A DNA stretch of 64,000 nucleotides from the human T2T-CHM13v2.0 reference genome, Homo sapiens: assembly GCF_009914755.1 (NCBI RefSeq), contig NC_060926.1, one strand, 5' to 3'. Of the stretch, positions 28,401 to 42,015 are shown piece by piece. A program made the translations under genes and the position numbers. Below the pieces are notes generated by a model, which was not told the origin of the DNA, made no database searches, and was given only the letters and a program-made list of their open reading frames with translations. How positions within the stretch are numbered: the stretch's first letter is position 1; every line of letters begins with the position of its first letter.

Positions 28401-29929
28401 TGTGAAATGCTCCTCCTGTACTATCAGTCATATCCATAAACAGAATGTTTTCAGTTACACTCTTCCTTGCATTTTGACCTCATATTTATTGGAATTTATG
28501 CTAACAATTCTAGCTATGTAAGGATTGTAGGTTTAAAAGAATATATTCATATTTAATCTCAAAGATGATGCTGATGATAGAAACTTGGCTACATTTCAAA
28601 TATGATGAAATAGGGCCAAATGTGTAGTCAAACCTCCTTCTCCTTAGTACAAAAACCAGATATTTTGAAAATCCATTACATTTCAGGGGAGTGGAAAGCA
28701 TCAAATATGTAAAAATTGACCCTGGACTTTAAATGGCTGAATTAGCAAGTTGTACTTTCCAGAGATTCAAAAAAATCAATAGTAAGTAAACATAATACAT
28801 GTACAAAAGAAAGTAAAAATAAAAATACTCAAATAAGAAGAGTGGAGCTTTGAAAATAATTTTCCACTACTAAAAACTCCTTGAGTAGACCATATATGTC
28901 CTTTCCCAGCTCAGAGCTCAACATAGGAATATAGGTTTTTGAAATTGAGGAGGGAATTTAAGGTGTTACTAATCTGTTTTAATTGGTCATATGAAAAATT
29001 GACTGTGACACCACAATATGTAGAAAATTTTTCAATAACGAAAGTATCTGTAACGTAAAAACCAAAAACTACAACACAAAAACATACATAGTTTGACCTG
29101 AAATATAACACTCGATCAGAATATTTCATAGGAAGCTTGCCCTAGAAAATCTTAGGTGGACAATCATTTAAATATAGTACAGATACTACTATAATCTACA
29201 TAATTTAAAATTATGTGTATATATACATATAGGTTCACAGACATAGCAATGTTCAATGCATGATATTACGTTTGGATAGTATTTAACCTTATCTATGGAT
29301 TATCATGCAGAATCATAGCAGTTGAATGTCACGACAGTTTTGTAAGAAAGACCAAATATTATTATTATTCCAATTGTAGATGAAGAAATTGAGGTTTAGA
29401 AAAATTTCTTTAATTACAGTGTAGGTGGTTCTTCAGATCGAATCCTTGTATATGGAAGTATGTTTAATATAGTAGCCTAGTCACTGATTTCTACTTCTTG
29501 CTAATGGCTCTTCAAAAGATGCTGTATCCGTAGGAGTCATAGTATGTGTGTGGGTGTGTTGAAGTACTTCTACAGCAAGACCATGATTTAAAAACTTTGT
29601 CATCTTATTTTTTCAGACTGTGTATATTTAACTCTCTACATTATTATTATTTTAAAATATTTAATAAGTCAATATAGCCTTCCATTCTAGTATTCTTTTG
29701 ACATTTCTGTGACTTTTATTCATTCTTGTGCTTAGATATACAATGGAAAAATTATCCTTTACCTCATCTTAGAATAGAGTTTAGGTTTAGCATCAAAAAC
29801 TTTTGAAAAACTGCTTTACTAATTTCTCCTAACATAAATTTCTTTCAAATTACTTTAACCAGAGTTGGAACTAATGAAACTGGTCAAATCTTTAATATGA
29901 GATACTGCAGCTCCATTAAAAAGAATCAT

Positions 29930-30175
29930 GGCCTTGACCAAATGGGAATTAATTAATGTTATCTATCACATCAAATAGGCTAACAAAGAAAAATCTCATG
30001 GTGATTATCAGTAGAAGCAGAAAAAACATTTCACAAAATTCAACAACCATTCATAATAAAAACTCCTAGTAATCTAGGAATGAAGGAGAACTTTCTAAAC
30101 TTGATAAAGAACATCTACAAAAACCCTACAACTAATATACATAATAGTGAGAAACTAAAAACGTTTTCTTTTAAA
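29930..30175 (+). mobile_element. L1M ORF2 fragment
   Basis: gaagcagaaaaaacatttcacaaaattcaacaaccattcataataaaaactc resembles the RT-domain DAEKAFDKIQHPFMIK coding region. Confidence 0.8.
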
Positions 30176-31080
30176 TCATCTAACAGAAACATCTAAACTG
30201 ATGTTTGACCAAATAATCTGCGTACCTTCACCTAGCCAAGTTGACAAATAAAATTAGCTAGCACAGCCTAGTTACCATAGACAGAGGAAAGAATTTGAGA
30301 GTTAATTAGTAAATAGCAATAAGCCTAACTTAAATCCTTTCTTTCTATAGCATCCCCTGTTCATTCAGAAGTTCAACTATTCTCTCCCTATGCTATTTTC
30401 CTCTGCTGTATGAACATATTCAGTATCTCTTTAAAAATCAGTTCATTTATATATATATATATATATCCTCTCTAGTTTTTGCTTGTTTTCACTTTCCGAG
30501 CCATCAGTAAAATCATGTCCATAGCATGCACCTGCACAATCTGGTACAAAATAAGCCTGCAATAATGGCTGAAAGTTGTTAAAGTTATCCTTTCTTTCTA
30601 TGGTTTTAATCATTATAAAGATAATGTCTATGTTTCCTCAGATTATTTTTCAATTGTCTTGAAATCTTGGACTTCTAATTCTTCTCTTTATTCCTGGCTG
30701 TTGCTTATGGTGGATTTTTCAGTTTTTTGTTAATTTGTTTTTAGGTAAACTTTGAGAGTTCCTTTTACTGTTGGGAATTCCTTGCAGCCTAAGTTGTAAA
30801 AATGTCACTCCACAGTGCTAGGAACCACAGTAGTATTAACAACTTGGGAAGACTATTTTTGGTAGTATTTTTGCTTGTGATTTTCTGCCGAAAGTATTAG
30901 AATAAATTTAAATCTCTAATGTGTATGACATTTAGGGATCTTCCCTGGATAGTACATGAGTCATACGAGTGGAAGCAGAGACCTCTACAAAGCCGGCATT
31001 GTATACGGAAGGGCTGTACCCATGGTGAAACATTGGACTAGTTACCAGAGAAGAGAGTCAATTAAGCAACATCTCGAAGT

Positions 31081-31277
31081 CAGTGGCTTACAAACTTGGC
31101 TGCACATTAGAATCACCTGGGTGGCTTTCAAACAAACAAATGTACAATAAAGGAACAAAAACCACGATGTGTAGGTCATTTCTAGCAGAGTAATTAAATC
31201 AGAATATCTGTTGGCACTAACATTTATGGAAAGCTTCACAGGAAATTCCAATGTGCAGCCAAGTTTGAGAACTACTA
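31081..31277. mobile_element. MER5A-type DNA transposon
   Basis: caaacttggctgcacattagaatcacctggg...aatgtgcagccaagtttgagaactact terminal inverted repeats. Confidence 0.85.
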
Positions 31278-31420
31278 TCAGAGGTGATCTTTTCTGAGAA
31301 TCTAGAACCCTAGTGTTTATTATGGTTTTTGTTTGTCAAACTGTGGTTGAGAAGACACTAGACAATTTGTTGCTCTGTAATTGCTCCAGTGTTAAGACAT
31401 TTATGACATAGAGGCTAAAA

Positions 31421-31616
31421 TCTGTGTTTTACACCACAGTAGCCATTCATGTGGTTATTTCAATTCAACTTTAATTACTTGTTAAAGAAATCAGTTTCTC
31501 ATTCATGTTAGCCACATTTCAAGGGCTTAATAGACACATGTTTTTAATGGCAAGTGTGTTGAATAGCACAGATAGACTACCTATCCATCATTTTTGAAAG
31601 TTCTATGGGACAGTAT
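31421..31616. mobile_element. MER3-like DNA transposon
   Basis: tagccacatttcaagggcttaatagacacatg...gaaagttctatgggacagt. Confidence 0.7.
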
Positions 31617-33656
31617 TAAGCTAGAAAACTAGAATATCTTCTTGAGGCAGTCGGCCCTATTACTCTGGAAAATTATCCAAAGTATATTGTTAATTCTCAA
31701 ATGTAACTTTTGAACAAAATTGTAATTAAGGCATATGAGACAAAAAAATGTTAGTTTATTTCCTTTATTATAGAACAGTTACAGAGGATTTTATGTCCTT
31801 AGGCTTTCTACATGATTGCAACACGTTGAAGTTTCTCATTTTACAGTCAAGAAGTTTAGAAGCTTCTCCAAGCCCAGGCGGCTAGTTGAAATAAGAAGAG
31901 GTAAATTGCAATAGAGAGAAATGAACCCAGAGCTGGGCCTACTGCTCCACAGAGTAACCATGTGCAGATGGGTATACTAAAATGTGCAAACACAGTTTCA
32001 GAGTGCCTGGTGCTAAGACACAAGGACTGCTTTTGTACTTCTACAAGCGCAGCATGATTTCAATGATGTGTAGATGGAGCATCTATAAAAAACAAGGTGG
32101 CATCAAAAATTCTGACTAGGCTTGCCACTAGAGTAAGATCCTCAGGAGTCTTTGGCTTAAATTAGCTCAGTATTTCCAGAGCTGCAGCACAGTTACCTCT
32201 AGTGTACTATTTAGCATTACAATAAATCCGTGCTTCTTTGTTCCTTCAGCTCTCCACAGCCTCCATGGACTGAAGCAGCGCAAGATGTTTATATTCTATT
32301 CCAAATGCACATGCTTTTACACAGCTCATAGTTATGAGAATGTCTTTGGATATTCTTGGAGTTTTCCATCAAGTAGAAGAAGTTCAATTCTGTTTGCTAA
32401 TTATTATCATAGAAATTCAAGTAAATGCCAGAATACAGTTTTTAAAATACACTCCTTCGGAACACTCTCTCTTCAATTATCTGAGTCTTAGGCAAATCAT
32501 TTCTTTTGTAATTCACATTTTTTATTAACTTTGACTCTTCAGTGATTTGTTTGAAAAAGCTCACTACAGAGACATTTAATATAATAGGTGCACTCCCCAC
32601 CAACACACGTTTATATTTCTCCCTTAAGATAGAGAATAGACTAGTAGTATTCATCAAGAGGAAAATATTCAGATTTCTTTTTTAAAAAACCCAAGTCTAG
32701 TGACTGATTTTTCAAACTTTATGTCAAAGAATGGGCAGCCATAAATTCATTGAACAAAATTATTTATTTGTTTGTTTATTTATCTATTTACCAATTCAGA
32801 TTAAATTTGATTTGTTGTTAAGTGTAAAAGGTCCTTTCCTATCTACCTGGAGACTTTCTTTGGGTGTTATGAGCCTCAGAATCACCTTTAAAAATATACT
32901 TACTCTCAGCAAGGTTACAATGTTAGTACAAATCAACATCAATGGCTTTCTCTTGCCACCGTCTTTTAGACTACAAGATGAGGACTTTGATGTAAACTGG
33001 ACTGAAAACAATTCTTTTGAGTCTCCAACAGTTTAGCAAATTCTAATTGGTTGAGAATAACATGCCATGGTTCTCAAAAAAACCCACCTCCCCTAATAAC
33101 ACTCTCAAAAGATACAAAGTAGAAAGAATTATTTGAAATATGTGCTTTAGACCTACTTATGTAAGTGAGGAAAAAAGGGCCCACAGATACATAAATGGTG
33201 AACAAGAACAAAAAATAAAAGATGTTCAGAATCATTACTCATTAGGAAAACGCCAATCAAAACTCAAAAAATTATTGTAGTTGTATCTGGCATTTTCATT
33301 ATGTTTTGTTTTGTTTTAATGTTTTTGACAGTTCTCTGTCAAGTCCTCAAAATTTATTTTGAAAGTTTTTTGACCTGGTAAAAGAATCTTAACATTGCGA
33401 CTCACTAAGACTAGAGCAAGTATCTTTTTCCTCTTCAGCTAAATTTGAATGATATCATTCTGGGATTCATGACCTAATTGCTATGTAACTAACTCAAATT
33501 AGGCAGTCACTTGCAAGAGCTACGATGAGACAAAAATAAAGGAAAACAGTTTCATTTTTTCTTAACACAGAGGTTATAAACTAGTAGCCTACATTCCCTA
33601 TGTAGCCCAAAGTTATACTATGGGCAACAGCATGGTTGTTTTAAAACTAAGTTTTA

Positions 33657-34835
33657 CCCCAAAGTATAAAAACCCTGGAAGACAACCTAGGCAATACCAT
33701 TTAGGACATAGACACAGGCAAAGATTTCATGCTGAAGATGCCAAAAGCAATTGAAACAGAAGCAAAAATTGACAAATGGGATCTAATTAAACTAAAGAGC
33801 TTCTACACAGCAAAAGAAACTATCAATACAATAAACAGACAGCCTACAGAATGGGAGAAAAGTGTTACAAACTATGCGTCCAAAAAGATCTAATATCCAG
33901 CTTCTATAAGCAACTTAAATAAATTTACAATAGAAAAACAAACAACCCCAATAAAAAGTGTGCAAAAGACATAAACAGTCACCTCTCAAAAGAAGACATA
34001 CAAGTTGCAAACAAACATGTGAAAACAAGTTCAACATCATTAATCATTACAGAAATGCAAATCAAAACCATAACGAGATTCTATCTCACACCAGTCAGAA
34101 TGACTATTATTAAAAAGTAAAAAAATAACAGATGTTGGTGAGATTGAGAAGAAAAAGGAACACTTATACACTGTTGGTGGGAGTAAAGATTAGTTCAATC
34201 ATTGTCGAAGAAACTGTGGCAATTCCTGAAAGACCTAAAGACAGAAACACCATCTGACCCAATAATCCTATTACTGGATATATAACCAAAGGAACATAAA
34301 CCATTCTATTATAAAGACACATGCACATGTATGTTCATTGCAGCGCTATTCACAATCAACCTACATGCCTATCAATGATAGACTGGGTAAAGAAGCAAAG
34401 ACATGGAATCAACCTAAATGCCCAACAATGATAGACTGGATAAAGAAAATGTGGTACATAAACACCACGGAATACTATGCAGCTATAAAAAGGAATGAGA
34501 CCATGTCCTTTCCAGGGACATGAATGGAGCTGGAGGCCATTATCCTTAATGAACTAACACAGAAGGAAAAAACAAATATCACTTGTTTTCACTTATAAGC
34601 AGGTGCTAAATGATGAGAACACATGGACACATAGAGGGGAGCAACACACACTGGAGCCTATTGCAGGGTGGAGAATACAAGCAGGGAAGGTAACAGGAAA
34701 AATAATAGGTACTAGGCTTAATACCTGGGTAATGAAATAATCTATATGAAAAAGCCCCCAAGACACAAGTTTACCTATGTAACAAACCTGCACATCCTGC
34801 ACATGTACCCGTGAACTTAAAATAAAAAATAAAAA
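33657..34835 (+). mobile_element. 5'-truncated primate L1 (L1PA13-16-like): ORF2 C-terminus and 3'UTR
   Basis: ORF 34338-34523 gives AKTWNQPKCPTMIDWIKKMWYINTTEYYAAIKRNE (L1 ORF2p C-terminus); ends aacctgcacatcctgcacatgtacccgtgaacttaaaataaaaa. Confidence 0.93.
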
Positions 34836-35141
34836 CAAGTGAAGTAACTCAGGAATAAAAAACCAAACATCATAGGTCCTCACTTATAAATGGGAGCTAA
34901 GCTATGAGGGCACAAAGGCGTAAGAATGATACAATGGACTTTGGGGACTTGGGGGGAGTAGTGGGAAGCAGGTGAGGGATAAAAAACCACACATTGGGAA
35001 CAGTGTACACTGCTTGGGTAATGGGTGCACCAAATCTCAGAAATCACCATGGAAGAACATTGTAACCATTCACCACCTGTGCCCCCAGAACTACTGATAT
35101 TTTAAAAAAGTAAATGTCATCTAAATCAAAACAAAAACCCC
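34836..35141 (+). mobile_element. L1PB-type 3'UTR fragment in tandem with the preceding L1
   Basis: aagtgaagtaactcaggaa...gggagctaagctatgagg...aagaatgatacaatggactttggggacttgggg...gggtgcaccaaatctcagaaatcacc. Confidence 0.85.
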
Positions 35142-38100
35142 AAAACTGGGTTCTAATTGCCAATTTTTAAATGTATTATTTTACATTAAAACTTGTATTT
35201 CTGGATTATCTTTAATAACCCTGAATTCACAGTCTGACATGGGCAAGAGCAGCAGGCATTCCATCTGATTCAGTATGCATTTACGATTGGACTCATTGCT
35301 CCCCATTTTCTATCATCTCTTACATTTGTCCCACTTGACTCTTGTTTTATTCATATGGCCCTCTGTCTTCACACCAGCTGAAATAAGATAATTTGATCAA
35401 AAGAAAAATTATCTAATAAAAGATAACTCTAGTTCATTCTTTTTCAATGCTCTTCTTAGGTTGTCTTACAAACACATTGATGGTGAAAATATTCCATTAA
35501 AAAAATTCGAACAATTGTTTTGAAGTTTTGTTCATGTTTATTTATTTGCTTTTGTCATCTCGTTTTCTAAAAATTGAATTCAGGACAAAAGAGGAAGAAA
35601 CCTCTGCTTTTAATTGTGTAATTCAGCTAGTTTTTAAATGTTTTTTTCCCACCTTACACCTAAATGGCTATCTACTTCCATAGGTAGCAGTAGATAAACT
35701 GGGAGGCATGTGTCTTTCACAGTAGAACGGACTTAGCAGGGAGAGGGGCTCTCAGGGTTCAACAGAAGATGGATGTTACATAATTTTTTTTAAAAGCTCA
35801 GCAATTGATACTAAGAAACTGTTCCTCCAATACCAAAAATTACTCCCATAGAGAGTTATTTATTTTGAGCCTTTCCAAACATGTCTGGAAAAGCTTGGAA
35901 ATCCCTCCTGATTGTTTAAAAATACATGAATGGATGCATCTAGGGCATGTCTAATAAAAAGCCATATTACTAAGGGCTCTGGTGAATGGATAATTAGCTC
36001 CAGAAATGGGATCAAGAGTCACAATAAAAAAAGAAGGAAATATTTTCTTCTTTCTTCTCACCTCTCCTTAATGACTTTGTATTCTATTTCTTTCAACTCA
36101 GAATTGAATAAGGAATAGAATGACAAACTAAAAAAAGAAAAGAAACAGAAAACCACCCTGAGTGAATTAATTCATATAGTTGAATGAAATGTTTATATCC
36201 TGAAACATCACCTCTTTTATATTTATCTTGCTTACATTATGTGGCAATATTTTTTTCTCACTTCTTTATTTTCCTTATGCTTAATGCACCCATCTCCCAT
36301 TTTAACTCTTTTCAACGTATCTTTTCACCTTCTTTCTTGTAAGATGACACATTAATCACTTCAGTGGAAAAGATACAGCCTTGAAAATTAGTATTCATTA
36401 GTCATACTCTCCCTCCAACCCAAATCAGTATTTTGGCCCATATCTAACTTATTTTTGTTCTACTACTCCCAACCCCAGCTCAATTTATTTTTTCTCTCCC
36501 ATCTATGTCCTGAGATTCAAACAGTCTGGTTCCTAGGCCAGTTCTGCCTTTGAATAAGCTGGATCATGTCTTTGAGCCTCAGTTTCCTCATCCATAATCC
36601 CCAACTTTCATTCCATCACTACCTTTCTGTGCTTCTCTAGGATCACACACCTGTGGATTCAAAGGTTTCCTCTACACCAACTATGCCCCAGCTTTGTGGA
36701 CCTGGAAAAGATCTTGGCCTAAGCAAGTTGAAGGCACATATTGTGCTTTGCCAAGGGTATTATGGGGGTGGCCAGAAGCAACTTTAAATCTATATGGTAC
36801 ATATTATCTGCTCTTTCCATCTTTTCCATTTGAGCATTAGTCCTTTCATTTATCAATTCATTCTTTGAACATCCATTCTATGAATGCCTACTACCTCTTA
36901 GATACATTGCTGGGTGCGATGGATTTAAAGACAATGGCAGAGACAGACCATTTAAATAAACCTTGCCAATATTCCAAAATAACTAAACAAACAGCAGAAT
37001 ATTTTATCTTTTTTACACATCACCTGAAATAAAGAGGAGACATGATGTCAAAATATGAGGATGCCAGCCTTAAAAACTTTAAAAAGTAGATTTACATGGG
37101 AGTAAAACAAATCCTTTTTTCCAGAGGAGAGGAAGTAAATAAAAATGTACAGATTTTTTCCAAGTATATAAGAAAATGTTAAGTGAATTATTACTTGAAG
37201 ATATATTATGAGTATTTAGTAGTTAGAAGAACATGGTGAATACCTCTAATATGGAAGGATGACTCCATGGAAAGCTTTCTTAACACCGTTTCCTTATGCC
37301 CTCATCAGATATAGTTCCTGACTGGTGGGAATATGAAACGTAGTTTCAAGGCCGTTTCTGATTCCAGCGTATACTTGTGTGGCCTCATTCTGCAACATTC
37401 CCCACTTACAGTTAATATACCTGCTGTTCAACCCTCTCCCATTTCCAAACACAACTTCTTCTCTCTTGACCCTTTGTCTTTGCAAAGATTCTTCCATAAG
37501 CCCAAAATATCTGTTTTCTTTTGTCTACTGGTACACGTATAACTCATTTATCAAGGTGATCTTAAAATTTCCTTTAGGAAATTTTCACTGACTTTCAGCC
37601 TAGGTAAATTTCATCCTCTGTACATAACAATTGCATGTAGTACATTATATTATATATAATTCCTTACATTATTGCTATAACTTAGTAGGCTTTTAACCCT
37701 TGTGATCCTAAAAATGATGTCAAATTCACATTAATAACTTAAAATTCTAGTAATCACTACCAGATACATATTTGTATATGTTTATTATACATATATGTAC
37801 TTTTGAGAAAGAAATGAACAAATGAATGTGCAAATTAATGCTGTGTCTACTAGAAAATTTGATTTTGTTGAATGTATTGACTGTTGTGAGAAGAGAATAT
37901 AAATCACTTTTTGTTTGCTTTATAGACTAATTGTTAAGTCATCAATCCCTCTTTAGTGCTTTTGTACTGAAGATAGGAGTTATATCAGCTTTATGGATAA
38001 GGATTTACATCCCAAATTCAGAAGAAAATATTTTTTATGCTGGATTTCAGATTGGTAAATATTGAGTAACAGAGTAACCAATAGACAATTATTCTACAGT

Positions 38101-40487
38101 TTAATTGAACAAAAAATATTTCTTGCCTCACATAGTTGATGCTTACTGCTTAGATTTTCATAATTATATCACTTCTTCCACAGTCCTTTCAATACTTCAG
38201 TTTATTTTTAGCAGACAGGTTACTAATCTCAAACACCACCCAGGGAGAATAAGAAAAATGGTTACTACTATGGGTGTAATATCTCTTTGCATTCCTGACT
38301 TTTCTTATAAACTGGAACCATCTTAATGTTTCACTGTTGCAAAAGAAAGGTAATGTTTGCATATAAAAGTACCTAGAGTTCTTTTAGCTGTCACTTAGGA
38401 AGACCCAAACATTTTATATAGCATGATTTATATAACTTTTGACCTTTTATATTTTATTTTATTTTATTTTAAATTTGTTCCAAATGTCAGGAACCATCAA
38501 GGTCACCTCAAAGAAGAAAGTTAGTCCTGGGGTGAGTGACAGTGTTTCTCTGTTGTCTGATACAGGATGTCAAGTACTAATTGTAGAGTGCCTGAAATGA
38601 TAGCTTATTATCTTCACTGATCCCAGATTCACAAGAAGGTTTCAGGAACTTCTGCAGCTATTTCCAATGCAAATCTTGTGAAATGTGACAATTATCCAAA
38701 TCTAACTATCATGGTAAATGTAAGTCAGTGTCTTAAAATGCACGTCTTTGTGAAAGCCATTTCTATATTCTCCAAATAGAGTCCGTATTTATTTGAAAGT
38801 TCTTCATCACTGTCCCAGGTTATCAATACGGAGGTACCACTACAAACTAATTGCCATGTAGGAGTATGATTTTTGCTTATAACAATGTATTCGATTGAAT
38901 ATCATTCTTACTGCAATTATATGATAGAATAAGCATATAAAAAAGCACAAGTTTGTTGCAATGAAATAGAATCACACTCAAGACTTTTCTTGAATAGCCA
39001 ATTCTAAAAGTAAATGAGTTAACTGAATATCATGAAATTATTATAAGTATAAAATGCTACGGTTGTGATGAACCTTCTCGTCTATTATTAAAGAACAGTT
39101 TTGTTCTTCAGAATAAAGCATGAAGATCGAAGGAAGCTGAAGCTAAGCACCTTGCGCAGGAACTACAGCTCATTACTGAAAAACTTAGGGCTGGAAACCT
39201 GTTTCATATCCTTCTGCAGTACATTCTGTCCCTACACAGTTTGTGTCTACTACAATACACAGGTAAACTAGACTTTAAACTTTGCTATTTGTTTGAATTG
39301 TAATGACCTACTGGTTTCAGGAAATGTTGATGTCAAGTCAACTTTTAAGTCTAGGCGTTATGGTCATAGAAGAGTAATAAAAAGAAATAAAGATTGTAAG
39401 ACAAAATTTATGGTTCAGTTTAATGTTTGAGATTTAAAGAATTTATAATTTATAATCTCAGAATATGTACTATTTTACTAAATCCATGAGTTCAGATTTA
39501 GAAAGTAAGATGTCAGTCAGTAGACTCCCTTAATATCTTATTTGCAATAGACTCTATAGTCAAATATATGACAAAAATAAAGTTGAAAGATTTTTTTAAA
39601 AAAGTTCTGTAGTAACCACTGGAATGGAGACTCTGCTCATGTTCAGGAATTAAGGAAAGGAGGGACTTACAATGCAAATAATAGCCAGGAGTCATCTCAG
39701 CTGCCTAAAGTAGCAAACTGGGTGAAAACAGAAAGTCACTAATAAAACCTTACTCCTTTCCTCAGTCAAAGCCCACCACCAATCCCGTATCAAAGCCCTC
39801 ATGTCTGTTCTAAGTGGGCCAGACACCTGCCTTCCACTGTTTGGAAAGTAATGACTTCCCTTCTTACCTGTCTTCCAACCCTTGTGCAAATGCTTCTCAT
39901 TGGTGCAATCTACCATGCCAGAAAAGGGAGTCTGTGGAACAAGTTTTTCAGGTCTCCAGCCACTGACAATACAGAGAAGAATGCAAAAATTAGGTGGATT
40001 CATGCTTAGATGCCAACAGGCAATATAGCATGGTTTCTGTCCTAAAGAAGACATACCTGAATGTAAGCATTTGTATTCTTTATTAGCTTTGTCCCATCTT
40101 TTTGGGAATGTTTTTGTCACATAAATAGAATTCAGTCTTATATTGTCAGAAGTTGATTTGGTTAATTTGTACAAAGGAGATCTTCATCTTGGCTTCATTA
40201 CTTTCTCATTTAGACACGGAGCATGAGCTTGAGCAAAGATAGGTAGTTGGAAGTGGTTATTGGAATCAATGTATTTCTTATTTGTGAAGACAATAGTCCA
40301 GAATTGAATAAATCTTACCTCTTAAAGTGTTCTGGCTGAGATTTGCATGTTGTGACTTTATTTTAGAAAATGCAGGCTTGTCTGGGGAACTGGACAAATA
40401 CACCATTCTTCAGAAATGTAACTTTTAGTCAAAGTCGTGAGTGGTGATATGTCTATTTTATAGCAAAAGTCAAAGGTTACCCTATAG

Positions 40488-40673
40488 CAGTCATCCTTCA
40501 CGTAAGGTTCCAGGATCAATAACATCAGTATCACATAAGAATATGTTAGAAATGCAAATTCTTGGGTCCCATCACATATCTAGCAGACTAGGTCTCTGAG
40601 CTTGGACCCAGATGTCTGTATTTTAAAATGTCCTCCAAATAATTCTAAGCCAAGATAAATTTGACAACTGCTG
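40488..40673. mobile_element. MER5A-type DNA transposon
   Basis: catcagtatcac...tgttagaaatgcaaattcttgggtccc...aaatttgacaactgctg. Confidence 0.75.
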
Positions 40674-41066
40674 GCCTACATTATGTGTAATTGGGAACAT
40701 GGCTTCCGGAGCTGAATTTAAGAGAGCAGGCCATTGCTATTGCCAAGTTTGCTATGAGTGCAGTGCAGGTGACTATGTAGAGAATGTTACAATGAATCAG
40801 CACTTAGAATATAACCGTTAACATTAGAGACTCTACTAAGATCCTTCATTCTTTCTCCTGCTCTTCACTCTGTTTCAGTCTTCGGATGCTAGCATTTACA
40901 TGGAGGTGATTTTTGTGGTTAATATTCTCCAACGAGCTGCTATTGATGTACCCCTTTATCCAAATTTCCAGGGTATAAGGATATCCGGTAAGAATGAGGA
41001 TACAGTATGCTGATAAGCATAAGAATATAGTTTGACATGCTTGATTTCTAAATGATTGAAGATATT

Positions 41067-41546
41067 CATTGGGAGACAATTCTTCATAGGTCTCTCATGA
41101 TTCTGGACATCACACACATACAGAAATTGACTCCTTGTTCTGGACTAGCTTTTTAAAATATGGTTATATAGTAAAAAGTTTTGGGGGATATAGTGTCTCC
41201 ATCTAGATCAAAAGGCAGGTTTCTTACAGTTTATGATGAAACAGATAGTGTCTCCCTTCAAAGAAAATGGTAGTTCAGCCTATTCTCCTTTGTAAAAACT
41301 TGGATTCCCTAAATTCATGAGTCCTTTCCTATAATGCAACCCACTGCACATGCAGGCATTACTTGACCCTCTTTCTATCGCCCTGTCCGAATTGAGGTTC
41401 AAGGAACCTATGCAAACACTGAGAACTCTGGCTACGGGTATTGCTGTGAGTAATAAATCATGCTTCATCTCTAACGCAGAAGTCTGTTATCCTGTATCAG
41501 CACTCATAAACAATTCAACTTGCAATTAGGTTAAGAACTCTTAACA
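41067..41546 (+). mobile_element. LTR40-like ERVL solo LTR
   Basis: ttgggagacaattcttcataggtctctc...gatagtgtctccc...gctgtgagtaataaa. Confidence 0.75.
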
Positions 41547-41549
41547 GTT

Positions 41550-42015
41550 TTTGGAAATGCCCTGTGATTTCAATATTTGTATGGACCAGTGACTACTCGG
41601 GCTTTCCAATTTTTCCCCTTTTGAATAAGAGTATCTAGAGCCATCATCCTAGGTCTGCGGCATCATTTCATGTTGGGTATGTGGGGACAAATGACTCGTC
41701 TGTTTATTTCACAAACCTCTGTACAGGAAAAAAAAAAAGAATTCAATGTGTTGTACCTGATAAAATGCACCTACAGAGCCTCATATTCACCTGGGCCTAA
41801 CTGAATGAACGTAATCCTGAAACTGGAGCTTGATCCTGATGCCTACTAGGACAAGATTCGGGAGGGGACTATCTTGGAAGGGGATGAATATGTTCTATAT
41901 GGAGGGGTGCACAGTTAGGATTTGCTGTGGCTGGAGGGCAGACTTTCACAGGATGTACTTTCCAAAGAAGGATATCACCATATCTCCCATTCTATATGCT
42001 CCTCATGAACCTTGA
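41550..42015 (+). mobile_element. MLT1-type MaLR internal 3' end and start of LTR (decayed)
   Basis: ggaccagtgact...tttttccccttttgaataagagt...gtggctggagggcagac. Confidence 0.45.

Noticed and set aside
39692-40174. 160-aa minus-strand ORF
   Set aside because: Non-ATG start, no recognisable homology, partly overlaps decayed LTR-like sequence
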